A DNA stretch of 64,000 bases, from NCBI GenBank assembly GCA_010015585.1, contig ML975153.1; one strand, given 5' to 3'. The notes beneath the pieces were generated by a model, which saw only the letters and a program-made list of their open reading frames with translations, was not told where the DNA came from and searched no databases. Shown here piece by piece: positions 1-9,900 of this stretch. This stretch comes from Eremomyces bilateralis CBS 781.70 (lineage: Eukaryota). Positions within the stretch are counted from its first letter, which is position 1; each line of letters opens with the position of its first letter. Made by a program: the position numbers and the translations under genes.

Positions 1-400
1 GAGCCAGGTTAGTATCTTTATCATATGTCGTTCCCTTGATCTTGCTCAGTGCGATCAGAATGCCACCCTGGCTACTGGCATGTCCAGGATTGGGGTCGTG
101 TCCACCACTCTTGACACTAAAGTTCACATCCGTATATTCACCGAGAACCTGGAAAGCTTTACCAACTTCTTGGGAAGTGGTCGGCTTCAGGATACAGGCC
201 GGCTTCAGGTCTGAAAGACCGACGTTCCAGTAATCATCGTTCTCCTCCTTATATCCTGATGACCGGGGATTGAAGAGCTTCCCTGGGATAGCTTGGGTGA
301 GAGCATCGCATGCGTTCACTGTTGACTGTGTCGGAGCTTGCAAAGAGCTGGCCGAAAACAAAGACAGGATGAGCGCCAGAGAGACCTTGGAAAGAGCCAT
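1..400 (-). CDS. Secreted FAD-binding (PCMH/FAD_binding_4, BBE-like) oxidoreductase, 5' part; runs off the window start
   Basis: Absent from the ORF track. Manual translation from ATG at 400: MALSKVSLALILSLFSASSLQAPTQSTVNAC...YWNVGLSDLKPACILKPTTSQEV...NFSVKSGGHDPNPGHASSQGGILIALSKI. It shows a signal peptide plus the P.C...P....V and (K/R)SGGH flavinylation motifs. Confidence 0.85.
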   Translation of the reverse strand, partial: MALSKVSLALILSLFSASSLQAPTQSTVNACDALTQAIPGKLFNPRSSGYKEENDDYWNVGLSDLKPACILKPTTSQEVGKAFQVLGEYTDVNFSVKSGGHDPNPGHASSQGGILIALSKIKGTTYDKDTNLA

Positions 401-1039
401 TGCTAACGAAAGTCAAGATAGCCAGCAGTGGAACTGGATAACTTCAACCGAACAGTGAAGCGGACAGGCATTGCGACAGACTTATATGGAGGCAAAATCG
501 AGTTATTGCACCCGGACTTACTCCTGACACTGCAGCAGTAGCGCAATTTCACATGAATGAACCCCCACAAAATGAAGCTCTGTGATATACACCAAATATG
601 GAGTAATGCTGGAGGGCGACCTTTAGTTACCGGGGGATTGTTTGTAGAAATAATACCATATCTGAGTATTTTGATTCGGCAGTTTCGTCGGATGTAATTT
701 TAACCTCACTTAGTGCGACCTCATCGAGCATTTTCTATTCTTTCATGATTCCCCATGGAGTTGTACACGAGGTGCTGCCGTTCAGCGTTGGATGAAGTCT
801 GGGGAGTGTGGGTCGTTGGATGCTTGTATTCGGAATCTGGTGTTGAAGCGTCCAGCCGTCTCGATTTCTCAACGCTCGACCGTCGCGCATCTTGGATACG
901 GTGGGGCTCGAATAAATAAATTTGGAAAGGGAGACTGTCGTCCTTCACTTGTCCATTGCAATTGCTATCGAGTTGCACAAAACGACTCCAATTCTTGTCC
1001 TTGAATGGCGGTATTTTTTATCACCTGAAGAGTCGAGAT

Positions 1040-1820
1040 CAGGGAAGTTTGACAGGTGATAGCTCGAGAGATACCCCGGAAATCTACTACTTACATCACC
1101 GGCCTGTCAAAGACGGAGAAAGGGAGCACTGAGCTTTTGATTATCGTAGACCGGTTAAACAAAGGAGCAGTGTTCGCGGCCTGACCTAACGAGCGAAACG
1201 TCAGTCGAGACGTTCATCGAGCATTACCTAGCGCACTGCGCCTTACCAAGAGTAATCACATCCGACAGACGAGACAAGTTCGTCAAAGGAGTCAGATCGC
1301 AGATCTGCAAGCTAGTGAAGGTAAAGCAGAGGCTGTCAACCGCCTATCATCCAGAAATAGGTGGATCTACCGAAAGAATGAATTAGAATGTCGAAGACTT
1401 CGTACGGCATTTTAGTACATATAGGCAAGACGATTGGACACATTGTTACCCTTCGCCCAAGTCGCGATTCTCGGAAGAACGACAGTGGCAACCGGCATGA
1501 GTCCCTTCTTCATTACGCACGGCTACCATCCGTATTTGGGAGATTCAACCGGTTTCACAAGGGCTACAGACAACAAGAGTCCACCTAAGAGTCCGGCAGC
1601 AGCAGCGGAGATGAAGATGAAGAAGTTCCACGAATGCGTTGAATTCGCGCAAGCCGCTATGGCTACGTCCCAGCAGAGATAACAAGACGTGACCAACAAA
1701 CGACGCGACCCAGCACCAGCATATCAGACGGGGGACAAGGTGTGGCTCGACGTGCGGAACATCAAGTTGCCAGACAATTGGAGGAAAAAGCTAGCGAGAC
1801 TGCATGAGCAGTTAGAGCAA
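1040..1820 (+). mobile_element. Degenerate Ty3/gypsy integrase relic
   Basis: Broken frames give LLIIVDRLNK, LPRVITSDR, QRLSTAYHPEIGGSTERMN, TGMSPFFITHGYHP and RRDPAPAYQTGDKVWLDVRNI, which are typical gypsy integrase core and C-terminal motifs. Stops and frameshifts are present. Confidence 0.85.
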
Positions 1821-2601
1821 CTGAAATCATTGGGATTAGCGCATGCCGCCTGAATGTGTGTGAGAGAGAGAGAAAGAAAAGGGAGGAGACTATTCCGCAT
1901 CACGATCCTTGGATTCCCAGAAGGCGGTGCGCTCATTCATGCGAACGGATGAGGCAGCGCAAGGAGTAAGAGGTGTCGATGGAAATGATGGTTGACGCTA
2001 GGTGCGAGGGATTTGGGGAAGAGAATCATTCAGTGGATGATAGCTGTCGACTTTCGAGTAGGTCTTAGCGCTTGCTCTTATAACGGATCCAGAAGTCGCG
2101 TGTTCGTTCATGCGGTGGATCTGCTAGGCCGCATATTCATACGAAAGGAGGGAAGAGGCTCGCCCGCTACTTCGGCTGCCGGTTCCATCCCTAACCGCGT
2201 CCACGCCACAGCCCCTGGGCAGCGTGGATAGGTAGTTCTGGGCTGTTCTGGATGGCGAGCAGCGCACCGGAGGCAGGTCAAGGAATAAGCGAGGCCAGGG
2301 AGGGAAAAGAGAAAGCGCAATGAAAGCAAATCGATTGATCCGGATACTGGGACTCTGTGATTGTCTATTTCCCTTAGGTTGGAGATTGGCGTACATAGGG
2401 TGTTTCCCTTCCATCATTTCGTCGTATCAGAACATCTTTCATGTAAAGAAATCAGCAAATTGAATTTCAGATCTACTCCCAATGTCGTTTAAAAAGCGTG
2501 AAAGATCAACTGAGATTGAGCACCGTAGATCAGAGGCTGCTACGGCCCGCCCCCCAGAGCTTGCTTCGCTTCACCGGATGCCAGTAGTCGGAAGCGATTC
2601 A

Positions 2602-3560
2602 TCAACGTGACGGGGGCGCGAGATTTACCGGCTCTTGGATCTGGAATTCTTTAGTGACCTTAACCCACTCCTCGCCATACTCCTTTACGAGACGCAGCAG
2701 TAGGGAATCTTCCGCAGAAGTGAGGGCTACACGAAGGTTCCTCCGTTTTTGCTCTAGCTCTGGTATGAAATTCAAATCGAAGTCGTCGTCGCTAATGTCC
2801 TCTAGTGTGGAGAACTGACGTTCCCTCGCCACCGGTGAAGCGGCCGATACCGTAGCCAACGCTTCCACGCGGTCAAAGATATCCCGAACCATATCCATGA
2901 GGGCCTCCTGGTTCCCCGATATCTCGGACTGCGTCTGAGCGTTGCTGCGGATCGCTTCCAGCAGCTCCGGTAGGCTCTGAACCAGGGTTTGGTCTTGCGA
3001 AGCATGTGCATGGAGACTGTGGCCGTCCTTCAGTGGGGAATCCGGTGGGGCAGTGATCCTAGGTTCTAGCTCCAGCGAGGGCGAAGCGGGTAGCGAAGGT
3101 GACGGAAGACGGTCGACCAAAGTCAAGGGAGGCGGCGTAGCTTTCTGTTCGACGTATCCGGTTAGCTGAATAGAAAAAAAATGGCGACTCTATCCCCTTA
3201 CCCAGGTGATCAGGGGAGACGCCGGCGTTGGCGACTGCGCCGGAAGACGCCTATGGAAAGACATCTCCAGGCCAGAATACTGTACGACGATATGGTCTCT
3301 AGGTGCGAGGCGGAGTTCCTTGCGAATAAATTCCTCGACTCCGTGCGGATCTGGACAGTAGATGCGGAGGATGTTGCGCCATCGTCTAGCTCTGACACGT
3401 AGACCGTCACATCCTCTTCCTTGTTTGGAAAGCGAGTATTGAGAAGGTCCTGGACCTGTTGCGTGAAAGCTACTTTGACCCTTATACCCGCTTTGCCGGT
3501 CTCTTGACAGATGGATGTGTGACTCGGCGCCAGCCCCTACGTCCTCGCCCCTTCGTCGGC
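2602..3560 (-). pseudogene. Degenerate gene: unknown conserved domain, then an intron, then a Pro-rich linker and a Myb/SANT-like C-terminal motif
   Basis: The exon at ~3200-3500 (TRFPNKEEDV.../ILRIYCPDPHGVEEFIRKELRLAPRDHIVVQYSGLEMSF) ends at GTAAGG. The intron has GCTAAC...CAG. It joins ORF 2602..3126, which ends in LTSAEDSLLLRLVKEYGEEWVKVTKEF (Myb-like helices). A frameshift and a stop lie upstream. Confidence 0.55.
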
Positions 3561-4101
3561 GGGTTATGGTTGATCAGAGGGAATCGAGTGGCCGCCGTTT
3601 CCCCTAAGTGACGACCGCTTCTCAATGGATTCACCGATACGAAAGAGTACCTTGTATCCTGCGTTCATGCGTTCATGGAAGAAGCTCCACCGTCGGTCGA
3701 TGTCCCCTGTGATTGTGGATAGCCAGTCGGCGGGCCACGGCTGTTTAAGTAGAGAGAGAAACGAGTGGCCGTCGGTCCTCGATCGGCGATAGCATGAATG
3801 ACTGACATATTGAGGGAGCCGGAAGCCGTATCTCGGTTCATGCGTTCATGCAGGGTGGAGCGAAACCTGTTTGGGTTTTTGTTGGGACGAGGGGAGATTG
3901 GAAGGATCCGAATTCATGGTGTGGTAGTCGGTGGACGGGCGGGAGGTTTCGATGGATGATGGTTATCGTGAAAGATTTCGGGGATGGATGGGTTACGAAC
4001 AGACGGCGCTATACCTGGTCGGGCGGCGCTAAACTCAAGGAGGGAATTAACCAAAACTTCACGTACAAAGTTAAATATTTACAATAAGCTAGGACAGGTA
4101 T

Positions 4102-4327
4102 TGTCGCACGTGATGTGCTAAAATGGTTGGGAGTGAGGTGCTGTTGTTCCAGCAGCGAAGTTGTTGTATTGTGTGTTGTGTGTAAGTTGTGTGTAAGTTG
4201 TGTGTAAGTTGTGTGTTCTAGCTGAATGCCTGGTTCCCCGGCCCTACAGATATACGAGAGTCACGGCAAGATTATTAATGCAGTTTGTAGCCTTGGACTC
4301 CTAGAGCTCATGCCTTGGCCTGCGACA
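4102..4327. mobile_element. Solo LTR (226 bp)
   Basis: TGTCGCA...TGCGACA inverted termini with a perfect 5-bp TSD GGTAT (4097-4101, 4328-4332). It contains an internal (TTGTGTGTAAG)x3 tandem repeat. Confidence 0.85.
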
Positions 4328-4346
4328 GGTATTCCCCGGATTTCAC

Positions 4347-4797
4347 GTTTACTATGGTTACAGGCAAAAGTATTGTTAGCGCGGCGCTAATTAGGGGTCT
4401 AGCCTAAACCGTTTTGTTCATTCTTCCATTACTAATTAGATATAGATTTCACCATCTATTAGCCTGCTCATTCTCCGGACCCCAATCCTATTGAGACAGT
4501 ATGGAATTGGATGAAGGGCTGGATCCAGGACCACTATGGGGATGCCTGATTATATTATGACCAGCTTCAGGAGGGAATTAACGATGCTTGGGAGGCTATC
4601 AGAGGAATTCGTGTAAGAGTTGTCGAGTTGATGGGCCAGAGATGCCAGGATGTGATAGGCGCAAATGGAGGCTATACACGATAATGAAATCTATATCCAA
4701 TTAGTAATGGAAAAAAGAACAAAAACGGTTTAGGTTGGAAACTCCTGCTTAGCGCCGCGCTAACAATACTTTTGCCTATACAGTAACCATAGTAAAC
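4347..4797 (+). mobile_element. Internally deleted, non-autonomous Tc1/mariner element
   Basis: About 105-bp imperfect TIRs (GTTTACTATGGTTAC...GATATAGATTTCA and its reverse complement). The interior encodes the transposase C-terminus PAHSPDPNPIETVWNWMK...RCQDVIGANGGYTR with an internal stop. Confidence 0.88.
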
Positions 4798-5194
4798 ATC
4801 CAAGCCTCGGCCTGTATGTGGGGCATCCGGGTGCAAGGGCGGGAATAAACTCTACCTCGAACTCGGAGTCGGTCCCTAGCAACTTGTACGTACCAACAAG
4901 CGATGCTAGCTTATGATCTTCATTCGGGTGAAAGACGACTCCGAAAGATGTTTTCGGCTCGGATCTGAGGCGCTGGGTCATGCGTAGCACGAAGCAACAT
5001 AAAGAACGGAGTCACATTTGGCACGTTCTTCCAATTCCTTGATTTAGTGTATAGATCGACAGCACTCATTTCTTTCCCCGCGAAACCTGATTGATACCTC
5101 TCCAAGATAGCTACCATCGAAGTTCGGAAGTAGTCTTCCAACCCCCCAAGAGCCAATTGACCTGCTGCCGTGTCCTGCAAGACATATAACAATC

Positions 5195-7869
5195 ATGGGC
5201 GACGATTCCGATCCTCCCTCGTCATCTCATCCTACTCCACCAGACGTTGACCTGCTCCGCAACAATGCCACCCTCCACCCCTCCGGCTACGAAGAGGTCC
5301 CGTCCAAAGCATCCATCCTGCCGCCCGAATCGCCGTCCGATGTCTCCGTTATCGACATGCCCGATCCACCTGAGGCCGATGCGCCGGATCGGAACCTCAT
5401 CGAGCGAATGGCGCGTTTCCGTTCGACGCCCCTCTCCTTCCTCCGGGAAGTCAGCCTCCACGTTTCTGGTACCGGGTGGCGGAGCTATGACAATATCGTG
5501 GGGCAGCCGGTGTTCTATCCCGGGTTCAGCGAGAAGATGAAGCAGAGCGTATTGTCGAGCCCGATGTTACAGGCGAAGGTGGAGGAGTTGGCGGAGAAGA
5601 GGGTGAGGGTTGAGGAGGGGGAAGGGCGGTGGGGACTCGCTGTAGACGAGGGTCAGAAAAACTATACGGGTAGCACGAAGAGGGATAGGAGAGAAAAGAG
5701 GAAGAAAGACGTTCAGCAGAGTCTGGAGCAGGTGCTCGAGAAGATGACTGAGGACATGATTGCCAAGATGGAGGGCAAGCGGTTCATACGTGGAGCATAC
5801 TACATGGTCACACAGTTGTTGACGCGAGCATATCACCAAGGTAAGCTTTTTCCAATGTGCATGCTCTCTCTAGCTGACATCCAACCCGCGAAGGCATCCA
5901 CGTCTCCTCCGAAGAAATCGTCCGCCTCCGTAAAGTCGCAATCGAAGCTCAGAAAAAGAAACAGTCCATCATCTTCCTCCCCTGCCATCGTTCTCATGTC
6001 GACTACGTCTCATTGGCAATCATCTGCTACCGTCTCGGCCTTACTCTACCCGTGGTCGTGGCGGGCGACAACCTCAATTTCCCTCTCGTCGGTCCGTTCC
6101 TGCAAAGTGCTGCAGCGATGTGGATCCGACGGTCGTTTGGGGACGACCAGCTCTACACGACGCTCGTGCAGGCATACATGGACACTCTGCTTCAGCAAGG
6201 ATTCAACTTCGAGTGCTTCGTCGAAGGCACGCGATCGCGAACCGGAAAACTGCTCCAGCCCAAGTTCGGGATCTTGGGCTTCCTTCTCGACTCCGTACTT
6301 TCGGGCCGGGTTAAAGATGCCATCATCTGCCCCGTCAGCACACAGTATGACAAGGTCATCGAAGTAAACAGCTATGTCTCCGAGCTGCTGGGGCAGCCGA
6401 AGCAAAAAGAGAACCTGATGGACTTCCTCTCCGCGTCATCCATTCTGAGCCTCAGACTGGGGCGCGTCGACGTCCGTTTCCACGAGCCCTGGAGCCTTCG
6501 ATCCTTCATCGACGACCAGATGGCGAGTTATACCAAGATGCCGCCGCAAATGCCCACTGAGCCGAATGGGAAGGACACGACCCGGCTCCGGTTGCTTCGC
6601 ACGCTCGGTTTTAAGGTCCTAGCGGAAATCAACGAAGTGTCGGTCGTCATGCCGACTGCATTGATCGGCACCATTCTCCTGACATTACGGGGACGCGGCG
6701 TTGGAAAGAGCGAGCTAGTCAGGAGGGTGGATTGGCTGTGCGCACGCGTCAAGTCCCGAGGTGGGAGAGTTGCGCATTTTGCTGGACTCCCAACGGAGAC
6801 GGTCGTCGAGCGCGGGCTGGAAGTTCTGGGACCGGAGTTGGTCGGGGTCGTCTATGGCCTTGTGGAGCCGACGTTCTATGCGGTGGATCGGTTCCAGCTT
6901 TCATTCTATCGTAACATGACCATCCATCTGTTCGTCTCGGAGGCCATCGTGTCGGCTAGTCTATATGGCCGAGTAAAACTCGGCGGTGGTCTCGAGCACC
7001 AGCGCATGCCGTTTGAGGAGCTTCGTGATCAAGTTCTGTTCCTCTCGCAGCTCTTCCGCGGGGAGTTCATCTTCCCGACCGACGGCCTTGAAGCGAACCT
7101 ATCCAAAACGCTCCAAGGGCTCGAGCAGGATAAGGTCATCCACATCGTCAGGAACCAGCAAGATCCGTCGCAGATTGAGTTCGTGGAACTGAGCGAAGAA
7201 GAGCGGGACCAGGGACGCGAGAACTACGACTTCTACTGCTTCATGATTTGGCCATTTATCGAAGCCAGCTGGCTCGGTGCGGTATCTCTCATGGCGCTGA
7301 CGCCTCCATCAGGGCAAGGCGAGGATATGTGGCTGGACATGAAGAAGGTGCAGGATATGGCTCAACTGGTAAGTGAATATTGAAAAACTCCCTCAGCTCT
7401 TCGGCCGATAGCTAACGCGGGCACCCAGCTCGGTAAAACCCTCTACCATCAAGGCGACCTCTCCTACTTCGAAGCCGTCAACAAAGAAACCCTCAAAAAC
7501 GCCTACCAGCGCTTCGAAGAAGAAGGCATCCTCCTCGTCGCCAAATCCAAAGACGCCCGCATCCCCACCACCGTCCGCCTTGCCCCTGACTGGGTCCCGC
7601 CACGCGCCCCCTCCAGCAACCACCTCCTCCCCTCCGGCCGCCTCTGGGCGTTTGCCGAGCACATTAGCCATAGCCGACGTGAAGGGAAGAATCGGCGGGA
7701 CGGGAACACGGTGCGAACGCGGGTGCTGGGGCTGGTGGAGCTGGTGGCGGAGAGCTTGTGGGAGCATGCGCGGCCGGCGGCGAGTCCGGAGAGTAAGCCC
7801 GGGGCGTATGAGAAGGTGAAGCAGCGGCGGCCGAGAAGGGCGATTGGGGAGGGGAAGGCGAGGTTGTAG
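5195..7869 (+). CDS. Glycerol-3-phosphate/dihydroxyacetone-phosphate acyltransferase (PlsB/GNPAT-like), probably peroxisomal
   Basis: join(5195..5840,5894..7368,7429..7869). HRSHVD (HX4D), AMWIRR and FVEGTRSRTGK acyltransferase motifs. Ends in GKARL* (PTS1). Confidence 0.9.
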
Positions 7870-7986
7870 GATGGGCGGCGGCTGGGGCGGGTTGTTCGGG
7901 TAGATACATTTAGATGATATCCCTGGATGAGCGTTCGGGCATGGGCATTGATATAATGGAGTCCGCAATGAATATATTCAGGCTAC

Positions 7987-8264
7987 TGTTATGGTCCCGG
8001 GCCCGTGGCCTGGGCCCTTGAGTATGGCTGACGCCACAGGGATGTGGCTAGTGGATGGCATGGAGGATTATCAAGGATATAGTCATATGGGAGCTATGTG
8101 TTAGGACGGAGCTGTGTTAAGGAGCTGTGTTGAACTGTGTTAGTATAGTAGAGAGAAGAGTTTATATCTCGCACACAGGCGCTGGGAGATTTCTTCCTTC
8201 TCTCTCTTCTGTTTAGATTAATGGAACTTGGTAATCGCAGATCTTGCGCATCCAGACCGTGTCA
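7987..8264 (+). mobile_element. Solo LTR, family shared with 13325-13585
   Basis: TGTTATGG...CCGTGTCA termini. Flanks GCTAC/GTTAC are a TSD with one mismatch. It matches the reverse complement of 13325-13585 along its length. Confidence 0.85.
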
Positions 8265-9900
8265 GTTACGGCCCATAATCACAGCAAAGAGCTAGATGCA
8301 AGCTTGGTTTGAATGCGAGGACAAGACTTAAACACCAAGGACTACGGAGTAGTAGGTTTCAAATTTCTTCGCATCCTGGCTCTTATCCCTAACAGAATCG
8401 CCAACCCAATGCCAAAAATAGCAGTTGGACAGCCATGGATGGATGCGACTCGGATGAAAATGAGGTATTATGTAACATACCTAGCTAATTAATCCCTACG
8501 AAGTAACATTTTACTATTAGGACTCCGCATGTCGTATGGATTAGGACACCAGAAGTGCGAACACCCCTGCAGCAGTACCGGGACACCGGACGAACTGCTT
8601 CCAGTGAACACAAGCCAACAACCTAAATCTATCGTCTGCCTTCTACGACATTGACCAACACCAGATCAAATCTAAGCGAACCACGCTTGGGATTGCACAA
8701 GAAAGATGAGGAAAAGAGAAAGCGATCCAAATCTGCAGTCCTGGTCGAAGGGAATTACCAACACCCTGCTCGGTGACAGAAGAAAAGCGCTCGAAGGATC
8801 GGTTTACTGTTTATCCCATGTCCAAATTATTTTTGGAACGTCAAGCTACTATGTATGCTCAGTGCTCAACAATGCTCAGGGATGTCGGGTGACCGGAAGG
8901 CGGAATGCCATTGTCTTATATCTTTTCTTCTATTGGCATTGTGATTTTGTTCTGCATCGAGATGGGCGGCATTGTCGGCATCACGATCTGATATGCCGAG
9001 TCTATTGGTGGCGTCGGCCTCGTATTTCCGACTAATCATCTCCGATTCTGGTCTCTCTCGCAGTCCCTGCCTCTGGTGTGCCTGCTGCCCCGTGCCCCTA
9101 TCCCCCACATGTACGCCACTGCATAGTCGACGTTCACCTCATATCCTCGTTGTCCTCATGGTATCGCTCAACAGTTGAATGTCGTCATTCGACAACTATC
9201 GCTTTACTATCCATTTCAATTGCGGTTCGTCATTTTCATCTTTAGATGTCTTTGGAAGTTTAAAGTGGTCTACGGGAGATCGTCAACACCAGCATCTGCT
9301 GTTACCCGATAAGGCCGATATCTTTCACAGATCGCTCAAGATCTGGCGCGGAATGCGACTACAAGGAAACACACAGCATCGAAAGGTGAGGATCATGAGG
9401 TGCATAGGAATCCATACGCAAGAGGCTTGGATCTTCCTGCTAATCCGACAGCCAAGGGGGGTGGCTGCGACTAATAATCACAGTCAGCGTTGCAATCTCG
9501 TAATTATGGAGTCCATCGTGACGACGGCCCGGAGTGGGCGTCAATCCGATCTCCCCCAGGCCCACACAACGGTGGGCGAACACTCCCTCCCTCCTCGCGC
9601 TCCCCTCCATGCCAGGGCGAGGCAATACGAAGTTGATAGTAAAATTGCACCTCTTTTCTGCAACATTGTCTCTCCTCATCGGTCCGCGTGACGTCGCTGC
9701 TTAAGAGCGGTAGCTTCCCCTGTTTCTTGTCGGTCATAGGTGATGCTCTAAGCGGAAGTCAATCGTTTTCGAACTCTTATAGAATCATACATCCAGCTCC
9801 GAACCAGCAGTCACTCGTTTTCTATTTCTAGTCAAGTCATCTATTTCGCACTATATGGTAGAAATTACTGTTTTATTCTTAATTTCTACTCGTCTTTAAG

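Noticed and set aside
4177..4216. 11-bp tandem repeat as a CRISPR-like or telomeric array
   Set aside because: It has no spacers, is not TTAGGG, and lies inside a solo LTR.
4800..5192. Minus-strand ORF fragments abutting the acyltransferase ATG
   Set aside because: Protein-like, but with no recognisable motif, a frameshift and no proper start codon.
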